In this document: piece after piece, positions 12,831 through 24,388 of the stretch
Layout of the letters: each line of letters opens with the position of its first letter
How positions within the stretch are numbered: position 1 is the first letter of the stretch
Assembly: GCF_000143415.4 (NCBI RefSeq)
Contig: NW_003314266.1
Coordinates: 2,684,414-2,748,413 of the forward strand
Direction of reading: 5' to 3'
DNA: 64,000 nt
From: Selaginella moellendorffii
Taxonomy: Eukaryota; Plantae; Lycopodiophyta
Translations under genes and position numbers: made by a program
Notes under the pieces: model-generated
Databases searched by the model: none
The model's input: only the letters and a program-made list of their open reading frames with translations
What the model was told of the DNA's origin: nothing

Positions 12831-13367
12831 ACGTGGCAGCCTTGTTCTTTAGTTTCGATTGGTTTTTGGATGGGATTTGCTACTCACAGGAGCACGCACT
12901 GATGTGGAAGCTGTGGCTGCTCTCTACAAAGAAAGGATTGAACGTAGTGGCGATGGAGTCCCTTGCATGCGCGAAGAAGAACTAGCTTAACTGGAGGTAT
13001 TTCGATCTTTGTATATGTTATCCAACTATTTTCCATAACAAACGATTTCCTGCCCATCTATTTCGAAATGTGGTAAGTTCCAGAAAATGAAAGAATATTC
13101 TTTATATTAGCTCCCGCACGAGAAAACTCCGTCACCTTGAAAGTACATTGTCCTTAGATACGCGTAAGGTTTTTTGGTCAGATCTTTTGTACCTGCCACG
13201 GCCACTTGAGATCCTTCTCGTGCCCGGGATTATAACTAGTGTATTAATGTCTTAATCGATTAATAAATTCATTAAGGCTAATTTGAGAAAATTAATTGAA
13301 ATAGAATACCTTTTTATTCTTATGACACGTTCACATACATGATCTATTTATTTTATGAAGTCATGTG

Positions 13368-15119
13368 ATGAATGAAGTGGTCGCTTTGAACAAAAAAATT
13401 CAACTCTATGGAAGCATTGGAAATGTGGATTCTGCTCGTGCAGTGTTTGATTCCATAGTGTCCAAAGATGCATTTTCCTGGGTGTGCTTGATATGCTCAT
13501 ATGCCCAAAACGGGTATCTACGACATGCAAAATGGGCCTTCGACAAAATGCCATCACCCAATCTCGTCTCTTACACCGCAATGCTCAGTGCATACGCGAG
13601 AAACGGTCAAATCGATCAGGCCCAAAGTATTTTTGATGCAATGCCACAGCACAATATTGTAGCTTGGGACGCAATCGTATCAGCATTGGCCCAGAGCGGG
13701 CATTTTGAAGAGGCGCGGGAGACCGCAGAAAAAATGCCCGAGCACGGGGCTTTCACTTGGACATCACTGCTCAACTCCTGTGCCCGCGAGGGCGACCTCG
13801 CGGGAGCGCGAGAAATCTTTGCGGTGATGCTCGAGCACCATCTCATCTCCTGGAATGCGATGCTCACTGCGTGCTCGAGGGCCGGGGAGTGTGAGCAGGC
13901 GGAGTGTGTCTTTGATTCCATGCCGGAGCGAGACCTTGTATCCTGGAATGCGATGATCACAACATACTGCCACTGCGATTCCTTTGCACTCGCCATGAAA
14001 GTTTTTCGCGAGATGCCCGCGTGTAACATAATATCCTGGAGCACAATACTTGCCGGAAGTGCTGGAAGTGGACACTTGGAGGAAACAAAAAAAATCTTTG
14101 AGTGCATGCCCATGCACAACCTCGTTTCATGTACCACGATGCTTGCGGCATATTCCCAAGCCGGGCATCTTTCTCTTGCGAGAAAGTTATTCGACTCTAT
14201 TGCCCACAAAGACGTGGTTGTGTGGACGGCTATGATGGCAGCGTACGCTGACAACGGCCATCTTGACCAGGCAAAACGTTTATTCGACGAGATTCCCCGT
14301 ACAAATATCGTGACTTGGAATATTCTTCTTGCAGCATATGCCGGTGATGGGCAAATTGAAGTGTTGAAATGTTTGTTTGACAAGACGCCATGCCAAGGAA
14401 TATTCTCTTGGAACTCTCTTTTGTACGGTTATGCTCGTTCCGGGTATCTATCTGACGTAGAGCAAACGTTTCGTTGGATGCCGGGTTGGAACTTAATGTC
14501 CTGGAATATTTTGCTAACGGCATATGCCCAGACTGGGCATCTTTTGGAATGCGAGGCTTTGTTCCAGGGAATGAATATTCGCGACTCAGTCTCTTGGAAC
14601 GCTCTTCTTGGCGCTCAAGCCCAAGCCGGGCAATTGCAACAGTGCAAGAGAACTTTTCTCTCGATGCCCGAGAGAAGCTTGGTGTCTTGGAACACAATGC
14701 TCACTGCCACCGTCCACAAAGGAGATCTCTCTCACGCCTTCCAAGCCTTTCATTCCGCCAAGCTCTTGGAGCTCCCGGACGACATAAGCTTCGCCTTGAT
14801 CCTGGTAGCATGCAGTAGAACTGGGAAGCTTTTCGATGGAAGGTCTCTGTTTCTGTCGATGGTGGTGGATTTCGGATTGGAGCCGACGATGCAGCACTAC
14901 TGCTGCATGGTTGATCTGCTGGGACGCGCTGGCTTCGTCGAGGATGCGCAGGAGCTCATCGCCACAATGCCGTGCCTTCCAAACGCCGCGGTGTGGGGAT
15001 GCCTGCTTGGGGCTTGCCGGAGTCAGCAGAGCTCGAAAGTCGGCGCTCGAGCGGCGAAGTTTGTCCAGCAGGACGCTGCGTTTCTGCTGCTTGCCAACAT
15101 TTACTCGCTTGACAAGTAG
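13368..15119 (+). CDS. PLS-class pentatricopeptide repeat protein with an E domain, no DYW, intronless
   Basis: Many ~31-aa repeats (F..MPERDLVSWNAMI..Y), then HYCCMVDLLGRAG, VWGCLLGACR and a truncated E domain ending LLLANIYSLDK*. Confidence 0.93.
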   Translation: MNEVVALNKKIQLYGSIGNVDSARAVFDSIVSKDAFSWVCLICSYAQNGYLRHAKWAFDKMPSPNLVSYTAMLSAYARNGQIDQAQSIFDAMPQHNIVAWDAIVSALAQSGHFEEARETAEKMPEHGAFTWTSLLNSCAREGDLAGAREIFAVMLEHHLISWNAMLTACSRAGECEQAECVFDSMPERDLVSWNAMITTYCHCDSFALAMKVFREMPACNIISWSTILAGSAGSGHLEETKKIFECMPMHNLVSCTTMLAAYSQAGHLSLARKLFDSIAHKDVVVWTAMMAAYADNGHLDQAKRLFDEIPRTNIVTWNILLAAYAGDGQIEVLKCLFDKTPCQGIFSWNSLLYGYARSGYLSDVEQTFRWMPGWNLMSWNILLTAYAQTGHLLECEALFQGMNIRDSVSWNALLGAQAQAGQLQQCKRTFLSMPERSLVSWNTMLTATVHKGDLSHAFQAFHSAKLLELPDDISFALILVACSRTGKLFDGRSLFLSMVVDFGLEPTMQHYCCMVDLLGRAGFVEDAQELIATMPCLPNAAVWGCLLGACRSQQSSKVGARAAKFVQQDAAFLLLANIYSLDK

Positions 15120-15134
15120 ATGATAATCACGTAA

Positions 15135-15315
15135 CAAGGAGAAGGAGAAGTTTAATCGAGACAACTGACCTCGAGGGATACTGGAGGAGATCTCCGTTGT
15201 AGCGTTCTGATTATGCAAACATCAACAAAGGCGAAGGAGAAGTTTAATCGAGCGAACTGACCTCGAGCGAGTTGCGTTTCTACTGGAGGACGTAAATGAG
15301 ATCTCCGCTGTGAAG
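15135..15315. repeat. Imperfect direct duplication (~70-90 bp) covering the 3' end of the K+ channel gene
   Basis: AAGGAGAAGTTTAATCGAG..ACTGACCTCGAG..ACTGGAGGA..GATCTCCG occurs at ~15142-15197 and ~15235-15308. Confidence 0.75.
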
Positions 15316-18300
15316 CAGTGTGTCATAGGCCGGGTTCGTGCTCACATAAGCGACTGGAGAGTTGTGCGTCCCAACCGGGCGGTAGAGTCCCAGAGCGAGC
15401 GCCTTTTCGTTGTGCAAGAGCCCCTGGAACAGCTGCTGGAAGCTGAGGCCGACGTAGCAGCTTGGGATCGGAATTTGCTCGAGCCTCCGTATGGAGTTTT
15501 CGTCACCGTCTTCGTCCTCTCCGGTGTGTCGCCCGCAAGAGAGCTGCTCGATGATTGAGACGGAGTTCCTGTTGAAAAACGTGGCGTACCTGAGGATCCA
15601 TGAAGACTCAGAAAGTATTCTCGAGAAAAGGAGGACTTACGTTAGGAATGTGAATGCTGCCGGGCAAAGTCCCTTGCCTTCGGCGAATGGTGGTGCAAAC
15701 TGTAACCTCGCGTCACGGTCTCTTTGCAACGTTTTCGGCTGGAATTGCACGGTGTGGATCCGGGAGTGTGGTCGGAGGAATTGCAGCTGGATCTCTTGTT
15801 GGAGTTCAACCAGCACACGGTTTCTGGCCGGGCTTAGAAGGCGCTCGACGTTCGCAGTTATGACGATGTTCTTCACGTCCAGAGTGTTCACTGTAGGCGA
15901 CACAGCTCCTGCTGCGTCGTCAACTGGTTGGAAGTCGTCCTCGAAGCCTTGCGTGAGGATTACCACCTTCTCTGCTAGCTTAAAACGAGTTAAATCGAAT
16001 ACCTTTAGCACAGACGAAATCTTACCCGCTTGCAAAACTCCAGCACGAACCAAGTCTAGCTCGTACAAAGCCGAGCCTTTCACAAAGTAGACGTCCTCGA
16101 ACAATCCCACGCATCCCCAGTCCGCGGCAGTCGGTGTGCTTGGGTGCATGATCACAAGTGGCATCTGCGGCATCGTTGGAATCCGTAAGTTGCAGACGAA
16201 GTAGAAGAGATTTAGCGGCCAGTTTCCTTCGATGCAGAGTAGAATGTGAGGAAAGGATAAAACCACTACGTTCATCGTCTTCTCCCGCAGGTTTTCCAGT
16301 ATCGTGTCTTCCCTTCTTTCCAAAACCGGTCGCTCGGGCTTATCCCACTTCCTCAAAGGTGGCCAACTCATTGCCATATCTATGGCTTCCTCCAGCGAAG
16401 CAACAAACTTTACTTTTGAGTGGCCTTCTTCTTCAACCGAATCGATAGACGAGTAGAAGGGACGAAAATGGCCTTGAAAATCCGTTCTTGTACCTGGCCT
16501 GGTGGAATCCTTTTTGTCGTCATACAAATGGTCGTCAGTTGTCGTCCTCTTGGTCCGTCGCCTCTTATCCCTGCTTTTAAAACCAGTTTCCACGTCCTGC
16601 CGGCTTCCCTTCACGCTTCTAAGAATCCCGTGGTCTTCTTCATGCTTAAATTTACCAGATGATCTTCGGCGTGCTTTACCGTATTCTGAAATGCGTTCCG
16701 CCATCTCTAAGTCCTTCGCAATGACCAAACCAAGATCGGATGGCTTAATTCTACGGCCCCGTGGATAGAGTCGCACTACACGGAGCTTATTTTCAAGTAT
16801 AATGTCAAGGCCAATAAGAACCGCATGGTACTTGAGGTACACAATTTCAGCCGCCTGAAGGAAAAGATCACTGTGTGTGAAGTTCAAAGTTATCTGTACA
16901 AACCTCTTCAAAAGTCAGTTTCTCTTCGAAAAAGCAAGTCGGTAATATAGCTGGAAAGATCTCCTGCCGAACACCATAGCAGTACTCTGTCATCCAGTGG
17001 TCAGCGTGTGAATGTCTCAGCAATAACCCGGAACGAAAAAGGTTGATTACAAGAGTTGAAAACCCCTGAATAAGACAGCTGAAACGAAAACAAGAGTCAT
17101 GCTTTGAGGTAAAGCTCAGACTGTACCTTCGAGCTAAAAGTTGAAAGCGGACTGCCTCAGGGCAAATGATTTCAATACCAGCCTCAGTTTCATCCCAAAT
17201 AGCATTATTGTAGTTTTCAGGTTTTAGCAGCTCCACGATCACTCTCACCTTCGAACCACAATGACGATGAACGGAAAGAGTCCGGGTTATTTGAGCCGCG
17301 TCTTCCGCATCAAAATCCTGAGAGTGGTTTCATGGTCAGTGCCAAGAATTGTAGTGATTGCCTGCACCTTCGCATGCTCATCCGCAAGTAAGAATACCGC
17401 TGTTGCAAAAGTAGCACAAACACGATCTAAATCGGACTCTTTTATAGGAGTTCCTTCAATGAAGTTGACTCGTCCTCGGTAATGCGTCAGAAGTGTCTTC
17501 ATCTCATACCTGCAAAGCTCGATAATTAGAAATATAATATTCACCAGCGCACATACGAAGGTTTGAAAGGTGCCATGATAACAACTCGAATAGGAAACGC
17601 TGCCATGTCTATTCGCAAACAAAAAATAAAATGAGAACATCACTGCATCACCTTACTTACCTTTATCATGGTTAGGATGATAGAATCCAGCTAGGAAGTG
17701 CCGAATTGTTTGAAGGGATACATTTCCGCTGATGACGATAAAGTTAGACCCAACCGCCTTTTGCATCGTAAATCTTCCTCCATAAGGTCTGCATAAAACG
17801 ATGATGAGTGAGTTAATTAACTCGACAACATACCTGCGAGAGGCAAGCTGTAGAATTCTGTTGATTTGCACTGGAAGAATAAGTACAGCAGCAAGCATGA
17901 TAGTGAGAGTAATTAGCCGTCCCCAGTTTGACTTTGGCGTGAAGTCTCCATACCCAACGGTGGTAATCTAGAAAAGAAACTCAAGTGAAAAACAATGAAC
18001 TAAACTTCTTACCGTCACAATCACAAAATAAAAGGCATCATAAAAGGTAAAACATCCCGAGACACCACAACCTTGCTGTATTTTCTTATCCGCCGATGTA
18101 GTTTTATATTCCACCCACTGAAGTATGCCAGCGGCAATAAAAACTGCATGCAAATAAAGAAGAGATTTTGAAAGAACTTAGCTTGAACCTACCAGCACCG
18201 AGTGTGTACATTACGAGAAGAAAAATTTGCTGGCCAATTGTACCACCGACGATCACAAACGAAGTGAGGGAAGGTAGAATCCTGAACAATAGAAAACACA

Positions 18301-19782
18301 TATACTCTACATTACAGATGTTTAAAATAAAAGCATACGCTAACCTCAAGGCTCGAAGGACCAGTAGCATTTGAGGGATAGCACCATCGTTCTTAAATTT
18401 GCTGCAAGCATAATCGAACGAATCAGTTGCAGATGTTCTTCCTTGACAAAACCAACCTCCAGAGGCAAACAATTGACAAGGTGCTGCTGAGGTCGATGAG
18501 GCCACTTACGGATATAACGTAGTACAGTCGGACAGGAGCGCTGCACAAATATGTTAGTAATAATCCATAATCCAGGATTTCTGTAGCATGATACCTATAG
18601 AGCTTTAAGAGATAATCTGCGACGAAGAAAAGACCAAAAACTCGCCTCACGATCACAATCCAATGAGTCGACGAGAGTATATAGCTAATGAAACAGGATA
18701 AAGCTGTCAAGTTTGAAGGATTAACCGACTTACGTCGATCGCACATAAGCAACAACAGATACAACTGCTGCAATGAATTCTATCTGCGTATCAAGGAATT
18801 ATCAGACAATTGCTACAGAATGTTTAGCTTACACAGAGTAGAATATGGCCGAGAGTACCACTGCGAATCGCTGTTCTCACTTTGATTGTCAATGGAACAG
18901 TGCCGTATAGGTACAGATTGTGGTATCTGGCAAGAACATCCTTTCCACAGAGAAAAAGAAACAAACGATTTCACATCCAGAAGACATAGAGAGTGCTTAC
19001 CTCAGTGGCATTAACTTCCTTTTCCTTCGTTTGATCTTTGAGCCAGAGGAGGCTTTGCAGCAGCACATACTTGACAGAGCCTCTAAACTTCCCGAGCGAT
19101 GACTCCTCAGGGACCTTGTTCTCGCGCTCCCTCGGCAAAGAGAATTCCGCATGCTTGGCTTCCAAATCGAACTCCAAGTCATCCTCCAAAACAGGTGTGC
19201 ACTGGCCAGTGGGAGTGATGAGCAGCGTCCGAGAGCGAGTGAGAGACTTTGTTCCGGCATTCATTCCACTGCTAGCCAGAGCTGGAACAGTAACCTCCAC
19301 CATGTTGGACCTCTCAAGAAATCCCATGTTCTCGTTGTCCATATCACTCCTGGAAAAAAATTAGCAAAAGGAGAAATCAGTTCTAAAGTTTCCAAACAAA
19401 TCCCAAGCAGCTTAATCAATCACCGGCCATATCGCAAGACAGTGTCGGAGAATGCTTTTCGCATTTTTCTGTGTTGCAGCTCACAAGAATTATCCCTCTG
19501 ACACGAGCGCAAGCAAAAACAATGTCTCTGCTAACTCCCAGTATGTCAAAGCCAAAAGGCTTTAAAGTCTCCAAGGAAAGAACTTACTGGCGAGGATTCC
19601 TTCGTACGCTGGTCCAGGGTGCCATCCTTGTCCAACGCTGTGACGCCAGGAAACATACCTTTCATATGGTTCACTGAAAAAAATAGAGAGCTATGGCTTA
19701 GCTAGAGGCCAAAGCTTATAGAACAAACAGACCTTTGCCGGTGCCAATGCTGCGACGCGACAAATCCTCTCACATCTTCCAT
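15280..19782 (-). CDS. BK/Slo-family large-conductance K+ channel with two RCK domains, multi-exon (start uncertain: 19782 or 19342)
   Basis: S4-like LLVLRALR; pore FYDAFYFVIVT|ITTVGYGDFTP; RCK motifs FIEGTPIKESDLDRV and YFVKGSALYELDLVRAG; VLVELQQE, PPFAEG; C-terminus LGLYRP..YVSTNP..GDLIYVLQ* (TAG at 15280-15282). Confidence 0.9.
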
Positions 19783-20166
19783 GACGATGACCGATTCGAT
19801 TAGCCGATGTGATTCACGAGGAACGATCCATCACAGTTAGCTCACCTTCCTAAACCCTGGACTAGGGCTCTTGCTGCGCGCGATTCAAATCGCTCACCGG
19901 CGCGCGAATCAATCCGGGGCGTGGCGCTGGAAGATCGTGGAGCTGGAGCGGGAACGATCGATCGAGGGGCGCGCGCGATCCAATCGACCGTCGCGACAGT
20001 CAATAATATCGCCAAGGCGCAGCATCATCATTCGCTTCGTGTGAACAATGGAATGGAAGAGCTATGAAATCGAATATTCGCGAATTATTATATAACTGAC
20101 CGTTTATTAGCAGCATTTAAAGCTCTGCCACGATCGTTACTCTATAGATCGCATTCTTTGATTCGA

Positions 20167-21315
20167 TCACGCCGATCCAGCTACAATACCACCGATTCTA
20201 CCAGCGTCGAAAATTTCAATCCAGTAACCATCTGGATCCTTGATGAACGCTAGACCCTTCATTGATCCTGTCAAGAAAAAGAGATTTCCATGAATACCAG
20301 CGAACGCGATTCTAGTTTTTTCACGTACCATCGTCCGGTTTCTTCACAAACTCCACGCCAAGTTTCTCGAATCTCTCGCAAGCCCTGTAGGTGTCGTCCA
20401 CAGAGATTCCAATGTGCCCTTCACAGGTTTTCCCTTTTCAGAGAAAGAAGAAAAGTGAAAGAGAGATTCGGGGTCTACCATAGCCGCGAGGATCAGCATT
20501 TCCATTGTGGTAGCCTTTAAAGTCTGGATCCGTCTCAGTCCCCCAGTTGCTACAAAGCCCAACACATAAGATTAGAAGAAAACACTCTCTCCAACATCAC
20601 GTACTGTGTCAGTTCTATGGTTGCTTTCTTCCTGAAAGTCCAGCGAACACGCTCGATCGGGTCTTTTGGAGCCTCGGCCGAATCCTGCATCAAAGAAAGA
20701 AAAAGAAACTTTCATTGTGCTAAGTCCAACACTTCGAGGACCTCGTATCCTACGAAGTATAGCGAGAACTTCGAATCCGGGAAGTCTAGCCTTTTCAAAA
20801 GCCTGAGATTCGAAAGTTTTTGTCAGTACAAACTATCCAGATCAAAGTACTTACGTCATTCCAAGGACGCGCGAGTAGAAATCCAAGCTCGCTTTTGGAT
20901 CCTTGATCCGATACATCTATAAAGATGAACGATATAAAGGATGGAAGCTTTTAGACAAGAAAGAGAATGTAGCAATGGACAAAAGTGAAAAAACGTGGCA
21001 CTCACAGTTTGCTGCACGATATAGCCTTTGGTTGCCTCATCCGGTGATTCACTCAAGCCGGGATTATTCTCCGCCGATTCCTTAGATGCCGTGGTAGCCA
21101 TCGCTCGATTCCTTAGCTGCATTCTCACAGATCAGCATGCTCCGTGACCGGAAATCCCAATCGACGCACAACCTATCGGTGAGAACCTTAAGATTACGCG
21201 ATGCGCAGCCGAATTGCCCCAATCCACGCGGTAGATGCCTGGCGCGCAAGGATTCCAGCAAGGAGCAACTAGAAGCGAAGGAAATCTTTGAGAATGCAGT
21301 GGCCGATCCAGCCAT
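20167..21315 (-). CDS. GLX1: Lactoylglutathione lyase (glyoxalase I, eukaryotic Zn-type) with a transit peptide, multi-exon
   Basis: QQT|[55 protein letters not shown] and [15 protein letters not shown]; Ser-rich N-terminal extension. Confidence 0.95.
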
Positions 21316-21448
21316 GGCTATTCTCACCTGGACGACGCCCAAGAACCCTAAAAGGGGAAAGAGTGCCGCTTAAACCCCAGAGGACAGGTAAACCCCATGT
21401 TAAGAAAGAAGTAGGTCGTGCGTGCTTTTCTCTCTCGCAAAGGCGGCA

Positions 21449-23564
21449 ATGTTGCGCCGCCTGATCAAGAATGCGGTGGATCGAAATCTCGCGCGACGAT
21501 CGCCGCTCGGCACTGGCGCTGGCTATGCAGCGTTTCACGGCGGGAATGGTCTCTCGCAGCACAAGGTCTATCGATTCGGAGACACATTGATCGCGCTTAT
21601 TCATTCTCGGTGTTTGTCAGGGGCTTGCTGAGAGGATTGTGCCCCATGGAGTTCTTCCGCGAGCACCCTATAAGGTAATTCTTTCCCCCTTTGTCTAGAG
21701 ATGATATTTTTCTATGCTCGGAATCTATTTTTCTGTGCATGCTTTTTGCTAGTCATTTCTTGTGTGCTTTCGCATGGTTATGCCCACCTCGATTCCTCAA
21801 AACCTCATGGCAATTCATTTTGTATGCATTCGCAAAGATCGTCCTTCTTGTGTTTAGATTCTTGTTTGTTTTGTGACACTTTGCTTGTAAGATCTTTTAT
21901 ACTCCAGCTCCAGCTCTTCCAAACTCCAGGATTCCTGTTTGTTTTGTGACACTTTGCTTGTAAGATCTCTTATACTCTGCTGCTTTTGCTTTCCAGCTTC
22001 TTCCAAACTCCAAACATTACTTTTACTGATTTTTTTCTTTGCGTTTCAGCTGTTTGGATGCCCGCTTTCCACTGGTGCAGTAAGCTTGGGCACGAAAGAG
22101 CTTGTTTCCGGTGGCAACGTTGCTCAAAAGGCCGTGTCAAGGTGGCTGTACGTGTGCTCCGGTTGGGTGTTCGGCATGGTTGTTCTTGGAGGAATGACCC
22201 GGCTGACGAGATCGGGGTTATCCATGACGGACTGGAAATTTACAGGGAGTCTGCCTCCTTTGTCGGCCGAAGAATGGGAGAAGGAATTCGATAAGTACAG
22301 ACAGTCGCCCGAATACAGGACGTAAGTTAACTGGTTCTCTTCTTGCTTTAATTCATATAGTAGCGCTCGTGTATGTTTTGTCCTGCAGAGTTAACAAGGG
22401 AATGAGCTTGGACGAGTTCAAGTTTATCTACTGGATGGAGTACGCGCACCGGATGTCCGGTAGAGCACTTGGTGTTGTGTTTGCGCTCCCCTTCGGCTAT
22501 TTTCTCGTCAAAGGCTACATCACCAGGGAACTTGGAGCTCGACTTGGTGTGCTTCTTGCTATGGGTGCTGGACAGGGACTCGTTGGCTGGTGGATGGTTA
22601 AAAGCGGCCTTGAGGTACTGCGGTTCTGTCCTCCTTTTTCCTGCAAACTTTTATCTCTCTTAGGAGCCTGCTACTGAAGGAGGTCACGCAAGAGTGAGCC
22701 CGTATCGCCTTGCTACGCACTTGGCATCAGCGTTCGTGATATACTCTGGATTACTTTGGACAGCACTCTCTGTGGCTTCTCCCTCACCACCATCGCCACA
22801 TCTCCCGCAAGTGGTGCTGCAATCAATGGCGAGGATGAGACGCTTGGTGCTTCCAGTTTCCGGGCTGGTTGGACTGACTGCCTTGTCCGGGGCCTTCGTC
22901 GCAGGAAACGATGCGGTAAAGTTCACAGTTCAATGACATGACCGAGAAAAATACTTCTGTACAGGGACGCGCATTCAACACTTTTCCGAAAATGGGAGAT
23001 GATTGGATTCCCGAGGGCATTCTTGCACTTCAGCCAACTATAAAGAATTTCTTCGAGAATACCGCAACCGTGCAGGTAAACGCCAAGCTTTTCCAATACT
23101 ATATTCTTTGCCTCTTCTTTCCTAGCACCTTGTTTTCAACAGTTCAACCATCGTGTTCTTGCGACGACGACTTTGCTGAGCATCGGGGCCGTCTGGCTGG
23201 CCTCGAGAGGCCTCGCATTGCCAGGACCGGCGAGCAAACTCATCACAGGCGCGGTTCACATGACACTTCTCCAGGTTTGAAAATCATCTTTTCCTAGATT
23301 TAACTTCGCAAACTCGAACTTAACAGGTTAGTCTCGGAGTCTACGCACTGCTGAGTTACGTCCCAGTACACGCCGGTGTTGCTCACCAAGCTGGAGCTCT
23401 CACGCTCTTCACGATCATGGTCGCGCTAGCTCACACTCTCAGGCGCCCCTTTCGTGGAGTCACGGAGACCACAAGGCTGATGAATCGCCTCGGCCAAAGT
23501 AAGTATTTTTTGCGTTGTCTGTCTTTCTGGCTCGTTTCTAACGCTTGAATCTCTCGCAGTCTAA
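21449..23564 (+). CDS. COX15: Heme A synthase / cytochrome c oxidase assembly protein COX15, multi-exon
   Basis: VVLGGMTRLTRSGLSMTDWK, EFDKYRQSPEY, FIYWMEYAHR, GLVGWWMVKSGL, VSPYRLATHL, GAFVAGNDAGRAFNTFPKMG, VQFNHR and AHQAG. Confidence 0.95.
21858..21977. repeat. Two ~48-bp direct repeats in a COX15 intron
   Basis: GATTC(T/C)TGTTTGTTTTGTGACACTTTGCTTGTAAGATCT(T/C)TTATACTC occurs twice. Confidence 0.8.
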
Positions 23565-23639
23565 ATCACTTTCTCGATCGCTTCTAACGCTTGTATCCCT
23601 CGCAAACTTCTCTCGAGATTTTTTTTTGTCTCTTCTCTC

Positions 23640-23703
23640 TTTTTGTTCCTGGCATTCATGGAAGCTCTTTTTTGGTTCCTGGCATTCATGGAAGCTCTTT
23701 TTT
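23640..23703. repeat. Tandem ~30-bp direct repeat in the COX15 3' region
   Basis: GTTCCTGGCATTCATGGAAGCTCTTTTTT occurs twice. Confidence 0.8.
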
Positions 23704-23872
23704 TAACGTCTAGCTCAAAAGCTCCAACCGCAAAGTCCAAGGCCCGAATCTCATGCGTAGCTTTCACTTCATAGTGGCCTTTGCCTTTGTAAACATGATG
23801 TAAATATTCCATCGGCCCCCTCGACGGCTAGGATGCGCGCAGGAATCTTTCATCGTACTGTCATGATTGGTG

Positions 23873-23993
23873 GACACGTGGCAGCATCCCATTTGTTTCA
23901 AGATGCACCATCCTACGGTACAAAGACGCGGGAAGGGAAATTTCCCCCTATTTTGGCAGGTTTAGGGTTAATTAAGCGTGCTGGTATATAAAC
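23873..23993 (+). promoter_or_regulatory. Putative TTM promoter: G-box/ABRE, telo-box-like motif and TATA box
   Basis: GACACGTGGC at 23873-23882, TTAGGGTT near 23962 and TATATAAA near 23986, upstream of a 5'UTR intron (24167-24240). Confidence 0.5.
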
Positions 23994-24388
23994 TCGTGGT
24001 GAGGGCACGGTGTGCGCGAGTGGAAGGAATTCTTTTGCGCTAGGGCGGTCAGGTCAGTGGCGATCGCCGCCAAATTCAGGGCTTCGATCGCTTCGATCTT
24101 CGCGTCGTCGCGATCCCGGCGCATCGAAATTCGATTCATCTGAGCTCCAGCGGGCCAGGATTTCAGGTATGGCGCTCTCACGGATCGAATGCGCGATCTT
24201 ATTCTCGTCCTGTTTGGATTCTAAAGACTTTTTTTGACAGGTAGCTAGAAAAGAACGATGAAAATAATGGGTGGAGTTATTTTCTTCCCAGTGGTGGAAG
24301 ATTTCGATCCCGCTTTGGGCAAAGGCTTCTACTTTGATTCGTAGCAGTCGCTCCCTCGCGCCGGTGCTGTCCGTGGGCGCTGTCCGTG

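Noticed and set aside
13616-15218. Antisense ORFs over the PPR gene
   Set aside because: By-products of the repetitive PPR coding sequence.
7874-23564. SCO and COX15 as a cytochrome c oxidase assembly cluster
   Set aside because: They are 12 kb apart with several unrelated genes between them; chance is sufficient without synteny data.
24300-24350. uORF GKGFYF resembling the TTM motif EKGFFL as an internal duplication
   Set aside because: The match is too short to distinguish from chance.
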